This document shows positions 19,869-28,955 of a stretch of 64,000 nucleotides of DNA, piece after piece. How positions within the stretch are numbered: position 1 is the stretch's first letter; every line of letters begins with the position of its first letter. The stretch lies in NCBI GenBank assembly GCA_965242965.1, contig OZ251518.1, forward strand, positions 2,016,001-2,080,000. The letters are read 5' to 3'. This DNA is from Candidatus Poribacteria bacterium. Its GTDB lineage: Bacteria > Poribacteria > WGA-4E > WGA-3G. The position numbers and the translations under genes are program-made. The notes beneath the pieces are model-generated. The model ran no database searches, had not been told where the DNA came from, and was given only the letters and a program-made list of their open reading frames with translations.

Positions 19869-21038
19869 TCATCTTTGAATAGGAATCCACTGCTCACACT
19901 CCCACGAGGTTTGGATAGCGGCTTGCACATCGGCGACAGCGGCGGCTTCGCGAAAGCCTGGCACGCCTTGCTTTCCGTCGCGGATAGCACTCAGAAACTG
20001 ATATGCCTCAATTATCTTCAAATCATCGTAACCTAAACCGACACCGGGTCCGGGGTTAAAATGACTGTGGAAAGGATGCGCCGGTCCGCTCAACACGCGC
20101 GTATAGCCATCAGAGAACCTGTCTTCAGTCGGCAGGCATACCTCCAGCTCGTTCATCTGTTCAAAGTTCCATCGGAGCGCGCCGTTTGTGCCGTGCACTT
20201 CAAACGCCATTTCACATTTCGGACCGGCGATGATTCTGCACGCCTCTAACGTGCCGCGTGCGCCGTTTTCAAATCGCACTAGCGCGCCGACGTAGTCCTC
20301 GTTCGTAACAGGGTTTACCGGGCTATCAGAATTTCCGTGTGTAAAATGTGTGCCGGAACCTGCTGCCGCTACCGGACGTTCGGGAATGAACGTCTCCTTT
20401 TGCGCTACCACACTGGCGATGTCACCCGCAATAAAGCGCGCCATGTCGATGACGTGTGAAAGCAAATCTCCCAAGGCACCGAGCCCCGCGATTTCTTCCT
20501 GAAACCGCCATGAAAGCACGGCGCGTGGATGACTCGCATACCCGGCGAAAAACCGTCCGCGATAGTGCGTGAGTTTGCCTAACTTTCCCTCCGAAATGAG
20601 CCGCTGCGCGTGCTGCACGACAGGTGCCCATCGGTAGTTATAGCCGACGCAGGTGAGCACCCCGGCGCGTTGCGCGGCGGCATAAATCGCTTTTGTCTCC
20701 GCGGGATTCCGTCCGACAGGCTTTTCACAGAAAACGTGTTTTCCTGCCGCTGTTGCTGCTTCCACTATCTCAAGATGCTTATTGTTCGGCGCGGCGATAT
20801 CGACGACATCAACGCTTTTTTCGCGTAGCACCTTTTGGAAGTCAGTAGTGGCGTGTTCAAAGCCGAAGCGCGTTTTCGCTTCGGTGGCGCGTTGCCCAAC
20901 GTCGTCAGCACAGATGACAAGTCTCGGTTGAAGTCCGCTTTCGTGAAACCTATCCGCAATCTGGCGATAGGCGCGGGCATGCGTCATCCCCATCCAGCCC
21001 ATGCCGATGATACCGATACCTATTGTCTGTCTTGCCAT
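19869..21038 (-). CDS. Gfo/Idh/MocA family oxidoreductase
   Basis: IGIIGMGWMG, GKHVFCEKP, GALGDLLSH. Confidence 0.92.
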   Translation of the reverse strand: MARQTIGIGIIGMGWMGMTHARAYRQIADRFHESGLQPRLVICADDVGQRATEAKTRFGFEHATTDFQKVLREKSVDVVDIAAPNNKHLEIVEAATAAGKHVFCEKPVGRNPAETKAIYAAAQRAGVLTCVGYNYRWAPVVQHAQRLISEGKLGKLTHYRGRFFAGYASHPRAVLSWRFQEEIAGLGALGDLLSHVIDMARFIAGDIASVVAQKETFIPERPVAAAGSGTHFTHGNSDSPVNPVTNEDYVGALVRFENGARGTLEACRIIAGPKCEMAFEVHGTNGALRWNFEQMNELEVCLPTEDRFSDGYTRVLSGPAHPFHSHFNPGPGVGLGYDDLKIIEAYQFLSAIRDGKQGVPGFREAAAVADVQAAIQTSWECEQWIPIQR

Positions 21039-21721
21039 TTCAGGTTTCCCCAGGTAGTCGCGAGTTTGCCGCGAGGTGCAACAGGACGCGGTTTTCCGGG
21101 GCCGCCACTGCGGATATTCGCCCCAGTTATCTCCACATTGTCAAACCGCGCTTGTGCATCTGAAACAACGAGTCCTGCTTGTCCACCTTTCAATGGTTCA
21201 TCGTCAATAGCAGTGAATACCTCGTCGTCAACCTTGAATTCAAGAGTGCCATCTTCATAAACGGTGGCAGTGAGTTCATACCACGTGTCAATCTCGGCAG
21301 CGAACGGAAATACCACGGGAAACCAGTCGTTTGGTTCTGCCTTGATGATTCGGACGGTGCCGAAAACATAGTCAATAAAGAATAGGTAGCGGGTATCCTC
21401 TTCACCTCTATCGTGGAGTGTCAGCCCGATGCTCGGCGGTTCGTCCTTTTCCTCAACTAACTTTGCGCGGCAGGAGAGGGAATAGTATCGCCACGAGAGT
21501 TCGCCGGTTGTCCAGAGACTCATGAAGCCGGGTAGGAAGATTTCACCGACAGCTTCGCCTTTGTTAATCCACCACTTTTCAACCTGCCTGTCCAGATTAA
21601 AAATTTTCCATTCGCGGGTGTCGTTGTCTTCAAAATCGTCGCGCCATGTGCCTGCGAAACCGAGTGGGTTTAAAACGAGCAGGATGGCGATGATGCTTCC
21701 GAAAGTCAGTAGTATTTTCAT
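21020..21721 (-). CDS. Secreted concanavalin-like (DUF1080-type) protein with KLATTWG tail
   Basis: Signal peptide, DDFED start, G.AGL...ARFDNVEI, VAPRGKLATTWGNLK. Confidence 0.7.
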   Translation of the reverse strand: MKILLTFGSIIAILLVLNPLGFAGTWRDDFEDNDTREWKIFNLDRQVEKWWINKGEAVGEIFLPGFMSLWTTGELSWRYYSLSCRAKLVEEKDEPPSIGLTLHDRGEEDTRYLFFIDYVFGTVRIIKAEPNDWFPVVFPFAAEIDTWYELTATVYEDGTLEFKVDDEVFTAIDDEPLKGGQAGLVVSDAQARFDNVEITGANIRSGGPGKPRPVAPRGKLATTWGNLKWQDRQ

Positions 21722-21790
21722 TTCTCGTTACCTCTATTGCGGTTCTGGTAGACGCGCTTCCAAATTGCGCCTAGCGGACGTTACACAATG

Positions 21791-24700
21791 TCATTTAATG
21801 TCATCTTCGGGAGATACCAAACAACGCTTATCGGCATCGGCATACGGACAGAACTGGCAGTGCGAGAGATTTTTTTCGTAACTGCCTCGCTGCAGATTAG
21901 CGATTGTCTCCTGCCCCCGCGGTGCAATCTCCTGCAACTCAGCGCGGCTGAAACGCAGCGTCTCGCACCGATTCTCAGCGGTAAAGAAGAGGTTAACGGT
22001 AACTTCGGGCTGCTCTGGATAACGCTGATGCACCAGCCACGCGTAAAGTTCCATTTGCGGGTGATATACCGCCACATCTGAAGTCTCGCCGGTTTTGTAA
22101 TCGATGAGCTGCCACTGTCCCGCTGCGTCCTTGAATAGCCTGTCCAACCTTCCGACAAGGAGATGTTGTTCGCCGAGCTCGGCGTGGATTTGCTGTTCGC
22201 AGCGGTTTGTCTCAGCGGATGCAAGCGCGGTTTGTCCCAATTCAGAATTGAGAAAGTTGTTGACATGCTCACGAACGGCTGCCTCGGAAACGCCGCGATA
22301 CCTGCGAACTTCGCTGCGAATCAGTGACGCAACCTTTTCCACGTCAGTCTGTCGTTCAATGCCCGAGAGGACAGCGTGAACGGCGCGTCCCATCTCGGTT
22401 CCATCCCACGCCTGTGCCTCTGCTTCATCGTAACTGTCTTCCTCGGAAGAAGCATCATGCTTGGGATTCGGAATTCGGAGGACGTTCTCTAGCCGATACC
22501 GCATTGGACACCGCGCATAATTTGCGAGCTCAGTAACGGCATAGGAATTCCCGATAGTCTGCGGATTTAGCGCGCTCAGCGGCGGTTCAGGCATATCCGC
22601 AGAGACAGCTTCTTCGGCTTTGGCATCCTCAACCTTGATGTCATCCAAGCACCGAAAAATCTCAATTGAGAGATGAAAAGCGTTACGGCTTGTTATGCCC
22701 TCTGAATAAGTTTCCAATTCAACAGGCAGGCACTGCGAACCTTCATCAGGCACACCGAGGTGCGTGTAGAGCCACTCCAGCATATTGCTTCGTTTGCCAT
22801 TTGCCTCTTGCGAGCCCGCTAAGATGAGCCGGTCGCGGGCACGCGTCGCGCCGACATAGAAAAGCCGTTTCTTCTCAGCTTCTGTCTTCACTTTCGCGCG
22901 TTCCTTCATCACGGTGACGATACTCGGCTCCGTTTTCGCGTAATCTTTAGCCGGGCTACGCGGACTAAAGCCGATGCCGAGTTCTTCATCAATAAAAGGT
23001 TCTTTGTCGCCTCGAGGGGCGCGATGCAGCCCCGGCAGAATGACGACTGGGAATTCCAGGCCTTTCGCTGCGTGGATAGTCATAATGTTGACAGCCTTGC
23101 CGCCAAGTTGAACCGGTGCTTGCCCTTCGCGCGGTTCCTCGTCAATCAAAATCCGCAGGAACTCAATGAAACTCGTCAACGTTGGCGTGTCGGCATCCCC
23201 CTCGAAGTTGCGTGCCAGGTCCAACAATTTTTGGTAATTCGCCCATCGCTGAGTTCCCTGCCGCCCGGTTGCCAGCGTGCCAATCATCCCAGTATCGTTA
23301 ACGATAGTGAGAAGAAGTTCGTTTACAGGGATGCGTTTTGCGAGTTCCCGCTGTCTTTTCAGACAGTCCATCGCTATTTGAAGTCGTGGATTCTCTGTAG
23401 GCGCGCTTTGTAAGCGCGCTTCCGCTTTCTCCCAGAAATTGTCACCCTTTTGCAGTGAAATCTCATAGAGCTCGGCATCAGATATACCGAAGAAAGGCGC
23501 GCGCAAAACGGCTGCGAGTGAGACATCGCCTTCGGCAGTTGCATCAAGAACGTGGAGGTAATTCCACATATCATAAATTTCCTGACGCTGATAGAAGCCG
23601 ATGCCGCCGGTGGTGAGGTAAGGGACTTTCGCCTCAAGCAGCGCGCTTTCGATATCCGGCAGATGGGTGCGGCTGCGGATGAGGATGGCGATGTCGCCGT
23701 ATTGAATCCGACGCAGCTTGTCGCTGTCTTTATCCCAAACCTGAAATCCTTCCGCAATCAGGCTTTTGACGCGCTTGGCGATGAGTTCATTCTCATTGAC
23801 GGCATCGTCGCCCTTTTGCCCGAGAATAATCTCGATTTTGCCTTGGGCTTCTGGCGTATTAGCACTCACTTCTGCCGGCGCAGGACGGCCTTGGACGAGT
23901 TGCTGATATGCAACCTCAAATTCGTTTTCGTTGCCATCACCCATCAGATTTTCAAAAAAAACATTGACAAATCCGATGACATCGCGAAGCGAACGGAAAT
24001 TTTCCTCCATGCCGATGGATGCGCCTTGCATCACTTCTATCTTCTTGCGGGTTTGGTTGAAAACCCGAATGTCGGCATCGCGGAACCCGTAAATACCCTG
24101 TTTCGCATCGCCGACGATGAACAGATTTGCGGCGTTGAGGTTGTCTGTCAAGAGCGTCACGAGCTCTTCCTGCACCGGGTTGATGTCCTGATACTCGTCT
24201 ACCATGAAGTATCGGTAGCGTGCCTGCAGTCGCTCTCGAATTTCCGCGTTGTTTTTGAGCAAATCACGGAGTTTGAGCTGCAGGTCTGGGTAGTCCAACT
24301 GGCCTTGCGCGAGTTTGGCGTGCCGATATGCCCGCTCTATCCGCGTGTAGAGATGGAGCACATCGCGAGTAGTGTCAATGAGGAAACTGTTGTCGTCGCT
24401 CAGCAGCTCTTTAAGAGTTTCCGAGGCTGACATCAAAAATTCAATCTCACTCTCAATGTCAATTGTCTTGACTCCGAGAAAATCTCTTTTCGCGACGGTT
24501 CCACTCTTCGTTCTAATGAGAGAGGCGATCTGGCTCAGGATATCTAGTATAACCGAACCCCTCTTTCCGGTCTCTTGATTTTCCTGTTCCAATTGTTCGG
24601 TTAATTCTCGAACCTCCGGTGCGTTTTTGCCTCTCGCGACTTTCAGCACAGCGTTCAGACAACGGAGCCATTCCTCTGTATCTGGTTTGTCCTCTACTCC

Positions 24701-25285
24701 CCAGAGCTCGCCGCGGATTTCCGCGTTGCTGTGCCCGCCATAGACTTCCCGTTTCAGGCGTTCAACTACCTCGCGCTGCTCTATCATTTTCGAGAGGAAT
24801 TCCTCCAATTGCTTCCTGCTTCCGTAGCGTCGGAGCAAGCAAGTGAGCACGTTTCGCTCTGCGTCCGCCGCGTTCGTCGCGATTTCCTTCAACTCGTCCT
24901 GGACGGTTTTCTGGAGGAGAAGTTTCTGATCGATGCCTTGGAGGATGCCGAAGTTCGCCGGGACACCCGCTTGAAACGGAAATTCCCGCAGAATGCGCGA
25001 GCAGAAAGCGTGAATCGTTGAGATAGGGGCTACTGACATCTGCTCTTGAATCCCTTCGGTATTTTGCCCCTTGTTTAACTCGCTAGTGATGCGCTCCTTC
25101 ATTTCGGCAGCGGCTTTCTCGGTAAAGGTAATAGCAACAATCTCGTTCGGTTTTGCGTCCGTTTTGTGCAGAATTTCGAGATAGCGTCCTACCAATACCC
25201 TCGTTTTCCCGGAGCCGGCACCCGCTGTGACGCAGATGTGCTGTTCAATGTTGAGTGCTTCTTGTTGGCGGGGTGTAAATTGCAT
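21791..25285 (-). CDS. addA: AddA/UvrD-family helicase-nuclease
   Basis: AGAGSGKT, TFTEKAA, VDEYQD, VGDAKQ, TIHAAKGLEF, TRARD; C-terminal GRLD...IDYKTG and Cys motif. Confidence 0.85.
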   Translation of the reverse strand: MQFTPRQQEALNIEQHICVTAGAGSGKTRVLVGRYLEILHKTDAKPNEIVAITFTEKAAAEMKERITSELNKGQNTEGIQEQMSVAPISTIHAFCSRILREFPFQAGVPANFGILQGIDQKLLLQKTVQDELKEIATNAADAERNVLTCLLRRYGSRKQLEEFLSKMIEQREVVERLKREVYGGHSNAEIRGELWGVEDKPDTEEWLRCLNAVLKVARGKNAPEVRELTEQLEQENQETGKRGSVILDILSQIASLIRTKSGTVAKRDFLGVKTIDIESEIEFLMSASETLKELLSDDNSFLIDTTRDVLHLYTRIERAYRHAKLAQGQLDYPDLQLKLRDLLKNNAEIRERLQARYRYFMVDEYQDINPVQEELVTLLTDNLNAANLFIVGDAKQGIYGFRDADIRVFNQTRKKIEVMQGASIGMEENFRSLRDVIGFVNVFFENLMGDGNENEFEVAYQQLVQGRPAPAEVSANTPEAQGKIEIILGQKGDDAVNENELIAKRVKSLIAEGFQVWDKDSDKLRRIQYGDIAILIRSRTHLPDIESALLEAKVPYLTTGGIGFYQRQEIYDMWNYLHVLDATAEGDVSLAAVLRAPFFGISDAELYEISLQKGDNFWEKAEARLQSAPTENPRLQIAMDCLKRQRELAKRIPVNELLLTIVNDTGMIGTLATGRQGTQRWANYQKLLDLARNFEGDADTPTLTSFIEFLRILIDEEPREGQAPVQLGGKAVNIMTIHAAKGLEFPVVILPGLHRAPRGDKEPFIDEELGIGFSPRSPAKDYAKTEPSIVTVMKERAKVKTEAEKKRLFYVGATRARDRLILAGSQEANGKRSNMLEWLYTHLGVPDEGSQCLPVELETYSEGITSRNAFHLSIEIFRCLDDIKVEDAKAEEAVSADMPEPPLSALNPQTIGNSYAVTELANYARCPMRYRLENVLRIPNPKHDASSEEDSYDEAEAQAWDGTEMGRAVHAVLSGIERQTDVEKVASLIRSEVRRYRGVSEAAVREHVNNFLNSELGQTALASAETNRCEQQIHAELGEQHLLVGRLDRLFKDAAGQWQLIDYKTGETSDVAVYHPQMELYAWLVHQRYPEQPEVTVNLFFTAENRCETLRFSRAELQEIAPRGQETIANLQRGSYEKNLSHCQFCPYADADKRCLVSPEDDIK

Positions 25286-25350
25286 ATTTTTGTTATCCTT
25301 TTCTGTCCGGCGAGTGACAGGTTTCCCTCGTCTTACGATAGCTGGCAGTT

Positions 25351-26415
25351 TCAATCTAGCAGGGGAATGACTGCCTCTGCGGCGATTGCGAGTTGAACGG
25401 TATCGCCCGGCTTCTTTGCTTCGGTGCCCGGTTCATAGTGAGCGGCTTTCAGCGGAATGTCGGAGGCGAGGAGGTGGTATTCCTCCATTCTACCAAGATA
25501 GTTGACAGCCGCTACCTTCGCCGTGATGCGGTTTTCCTCGTGAAGGTTTCCGAGATGGATTGCCTCCGGTCGAATGGAACATTGCACCTGCGCGCCCGGT
25601 GTCAATTCGTGATAGACGGTATCAGACTGAAGCAAACCGACAGGTGTCTCAATTGTGGCACTACCGTTTGCCATGCTTTGAACGCGTCCTGAAATAAAGT
25701 TAGTCTCCCCGATAAAACTAGCGACGAAGGTATTCTTAGGGAATTGATACACCTCCCGCGGTGTGCCGACTTGGACAAGCGCGCCGTCATTCATAATTGC
25801 CATCCTGTCTGCCATAGAGAGGGCATCCACCTGGTCATGCGTGACATAGAAGGTTGTGATATTCGTGCGGCTATGAATCTGCTTGACTTCGTCGCGCATG
25901 TGCTGTCGGAGAGCGGCATCAAGATTGCTGATTGGTTCGTCAAGAAGCAGCACGCTGGGCTCGATGACGAGCGCGCGGGCGAGCGCGATGCGCTGTTGTT
26001 GTCCACCGGAGAGCGTGTTGACGGTTCTGTTGCCATAATCTGTCATTTGCACCATTTCCAACACTTCGGCGATTTTCCGTTGGCGTTCCACCTTCTCCAG
26101 TTTGCGCAGCGTGAGCCCATATTCAATGTTTTCCGCGACGGACATGTGTGGCCAGAGCGCGTAGTTTTGGAACACCATTCCTGTGTTGCGCTGGTGCGGC
26201 GGAATAGCGTTCATCACTTTGTCGTCAAACCTTAATGTCCCGACATCGGGTTGGTAGAACCCGGCGACGATGCGCAAGAAGGTAGATTTACCGCACCCGG
26301 AGGGCCCGAGGAGGAAAAAGAATTCGCCCGGTTCAATTCTGAGGCTCACGTCGTTTACCGCGAGCGTGGTATCAAAGGCTTTGGTAACGTGAGTCAATTC
26401 GACTGCAACTGCCAT
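25351..26415 (-). CDS. ABC transporter ATP-binding protein (PotA/FbpC-like)
   Basis: GPSGCGKS, LSGGQQQR, LLLDEP, TOBE-like tail; start reassigned to ATG 26415. Confidence 0.92.
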   Translation of the reverse strand: MAVAVELTHVTKAFDTTLAVNDVSLRIEPGEFFFLLGPSGCGKSTFLRIVAGFYQPDVGTLRFDDKVMNAIPPHQRNTGMVFQNYALWPHMSVAENIEYGLTLRKLEKVERQRKIAEVLEMVQMTDYGNRTVNTLSGGQQQRIALARALVIEPSVLLLDEPISNLDAALRQHMRDEVKQIHSRTNITTFYVTHDQVDALSMADRMAIMNDGALVQVGTPREVYQFPKNTFVASFIGETNFISGRVQSMANGSATIETPVGLLQSDTVYHELTPGAQVQCSIRPEAIHLGNLHEENRITAKVAAVNYLGRMEEYHLLASDIPLKAAHYEPGTEAKKPGDTVQLAIAAEAVIPLLD

Positions 26416-26590
26416 ATTTTTCTTCTTCGCGATGCGTTGTTCATTTTCTGCGTGGCAAATTACGTTGCCGCAACAGGCTGACGTGACGTTGTCACGTCTT
26501 ACGTTCCTAGGCATTCAATATTAAGAATTACCTAACGCGCCTAGTAGGCGCGGTTTTGCTCAGCCGATTCGTCCGATGCCGCGCGGCTTG

Positions 26591-26983
26591 CTATTCGGCG
26601 AGTTGCTGCAAGAAGGCCTCAAGGTTCGGTGCCTGGTCCGCGGCGGGGAGCAACTGCTTGAGGCGTTCCACCTCTTGGATGTTTTCAAAGGTGGGCCGTA
26701 ATGCCTGGACGGCTGTCGCGTCAAACCGCGACTCAAGGATAGCGATGAGGGCTTCAATCATCCCATACCGTTGCCATTGTTCTTGTGCATGTGCGGCTTG
26801 TTCTTGTGCATGTGCGGCTTCGGCTTGTTTCTGTGCGTGTGCGGCTTGTTCCTCTGCGTGTGCGGCGCGCCGATTCGCCTCAGCGATGTCCCTGTCTGCG
26901 GCGGCGGCGCGCTGCCGCATCTCCTCCATGAGCGCGGCTTCCCGCTCCGCAAAAAGGCTATGAAGATAAGTTGAATATTTCAC
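26591..26983 (-). CDS. Standalone copy of the Rpn C-terminal domain (putative RpnS-like antitoxin)
   Basis: GGAGGG RBS + GTG; close paralog of the last 139 aa of the upstream gene. Confidence 0.7.
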   Translation of the reverse strand: MKYSTYLHSLFAEREAALMEEMRQRAAAADRDIAEANRRAAHAEEQAAHAQKQAEAAHAQEQAAHAQEQWQRYGMIEALIAILESRFDATAVQALRPTFENIQEVERLKQLLPAADQAPNLEAFLQQLAE

Positions 26984-27073
26984 GAGATCCCTCCGGATAA
27001 AACGAGTGCCACAGTAGATTCGCGGCTGCGCGTTGGAGTTGCGTAGCCGATTCGTCCGATGCCGCGCGGCTTC

Positions 27074-28132
27074 CTATTCGGCGAGTTGCTGCAAGAAGGC
27101 CTCAAGGTTCGGTACCTGTCTAGCTGCCAGGAGGAGTTGCTTGAGGCGTTCCACCTCTTGGACGTTTTCAAAGGTGGGCCGTAATGCCTGGACAACTGTT
27201 GCGTCAAACCGCAATGCAAGGATAGCGATAAGGCCTTCAATAATCCCATACCGTTGCCCTTGTTCCTCTGCGTGTGCGGCTTGTTCCTGTGCATGCGCGG
27301 CTTGCTCTTGGGCTTGTTCTTGTGCGTGTGCGGCTTGTTCCTGAGCTTGTGCGGCTTGTTCTTGTGCGTGTGTGGCGCGCCGATTCGCCTCGGCGAGGTT
27401 TCTGTCCGCGTCGGCGGCGCGCTGCTGCATCTCTGCCATCAGCGCGGCTTCCCGCTCCGCAAAGAGACTCTGAAGATAAGTTGAATATTCCACGAGATCC
27501 CTCCGAATAAAACGATGTATCTTTTCTTGACTATACTCGGCACTGCCAAATATACCGAGCAATGCCATTAAATCTGCCTGCAATGCATCCGGCACCGGTG
27601 CAGTCGCCGTCGCACGAATACATGTCTGTAACCAGGCATCGGCATCCATTCCCGCCGGCGGCTGCATTAACGGTGTGAAAGGCAGCAACGCCGGCTCCTG
27701 CGCCTCTAACACTGATACGCCGTCAATGTCATTGAGGCGCAGCACTTTATACCGCACGGAAAAGTGATGCGCATCACCGAACTGGCACGTATACCCACCC
27801 GGGTCCCGCCGTCCCGCACGGGAATGCAAATAGATGACAGTGCCATACACCGGCAGTTTGTGCGTGGCAACGAGATACCCGCAATAGCCCGCCATGCGGA
27901 ACTGCATCTCCTCACGGCTATCATGCAATTGCACCTCGGTATGCGCGATGGCTTCTTCGCCGTTGATAAGCATCCGTACGGTGCTATCGCCACGTCGTGT
28001 CCACAGCCGCTGCTGCTCGGTATCCAACCGGCGGAGCACCGTGATGTCAGGAGTGCCGAGGAAATACTTCAGGAGCGGTTCACCGAGTTCCAGCAGCAGA
28101 TGTTTGGCGGCACTATCATAGGGAATTCGCAT
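27074..28132 (-). CDS. Rpn-family (recombination-promoting nuclease / putative transposase) PD-(D/E)XK protein
   Basis: YDSAAK, RGD, HTEVQ, MQFRMAGY, PVYGTVIYL, LLPFTPL, QAAHAQE heptads, LE.F tail. Confidence 0.8.
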   Translation of the reverse strand: MRIPYDSAAKHLLLELGEPLLKYFLGTPDITVLRRLDTEQQRLWTRRGDSTVRMLINGEEAIAHTEVQLHDSREEMQFRMAGYCGYLVATHKLPVYGTVIYLHSRAGRRDPGGYTCQFGDAHHFSVRYKVLRLNDIDGVSVLEAQEPALLPFTPLMQPPAGMDADAWLQTCIRATATAPVPDALQADLMALLGIFGSAEYSQEKIHRFIRRDLVEYSTYLQSLFAEREAALMAEMQQRAADADRNLAEANRRATHAQEQAAQAQEQAAHAQEQAQEQAAHAQEQAAHAEEQGQRYGIIEGLIAILALRFDATVVQALRPTFENVQEVERLKQLLLAARQVPNLEAFLQQLAE

Positions 28133-28135
28133 AGT

Positions 28136-28165
28136 ATTATACCTCACCTTGTTTCGTTTTGTCAA
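28136..28165 (-). promoter_or_regulatory. Consensus sigma70 promoter abutting the Rpn start codon
   Basis: TTGACA-18-TATAAT, 3 nt before ATG 28132. Confidence 0.7.
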
Positions 28166-28172
28166 GTCTTTT

Positions 28173-28955
28173 TTATCGCACAGTTTTCGCGCAGCGGAAA
28201 CCGATGGTGCTTCCCGATGTGAGATGATACCACCTATCGGCGAGGCGCAAGTCTTCGGCCCTGCCACCCCATCCGCCGCCGCGCAGAATGCGGAAATTTT
28301 CGTTATCGGGTGCTGACGCTCTGCCGAAATAGGGATTATGTTCGGGACTCACCGCGTAGAAATCGCCGTTATATTCGTCAAAGCACCACTCCCAGACATT
28401 GCCAGCCATGTCGTAGAGGTTATAGCCGTTCGGCGGGAAACTTCCAACAGGCGATGTCCACGTCCACTTGTCTTTGCCATCAATGCCTCCAAAATTGGCA
28501 TTGTTCTGTGTGATTGTATCGCCTGTTGGGTAACGTTTGCCAGCGAGATTGCCGCGGGCGGCGTATTCCCACTCCGCCTCCGTTGGCAACCGTTTCTTTG
28601 CCCACTTTGCATAAGCGACAGCATCACGCCACGTCACTCGCACAACGGGAAAATCCGGTGCATTAAACCTCGGATTGTGCCAGAGCGGCGGTTCCGGATA
28701 CCCTGTCGCTTCGACAAATGCCCGATAGCGCGCGTTCGTCACCTCATAAGCATCCATGTAAAACGCGTCAAGCGAGACGGTATGGATAGGTTGTTCATCG
28801 CTATCGCCTGTATCGGAGCCCATCAGAAATGTGCCGGCGGGGATGAGCACCATTGTCGCGCCATCAATTGGAGAGACAATCTCTGTGGACAGCATGTCCG
28901 AGTCTCGCATACATCCGCAGAGAAAAACGCAGAGGATGCAGAGTGCAATTTTCAT
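28173..28955 (-). CDS. Formylglycine-generating enzyme (SUMF1) family lipoprotein
   Basis: IPAGTFLMGS, RLPTEAEWEYAARG, LYDMAGNVWEW, GFRC. Confidence 0.92.
   Translation of the reverse strand: MKIALCILCVFLCGCMRDSDMLSTEIVSPIDGATMVLIPAGTFLMGSDTGDSDEQPIHTVSLDAFYMDAYEVTNARYRAFVEATGYPEPPLWHNPRFNAPDFPVVRVTWRDAVAYAKWAKKRLPTEAEWEYAARGNLAGKRYPTGDTITQNNANFGGIDGKDKWTWTSPVGSFPPNGYNLYDMAGNVWEWCFDEYNGDFYAVSPEHNPYFGRASAPDNENFRILRGGGWGGRAEDLRLADRWYHLTSGSTIGFRCAKTVR

Noticed and set aside
26591-28132. DGR template/variable repeat pair
   Set aside because: No reverse transcriptase in the window; differences include repeat-unit indels and do not look adenine-specific
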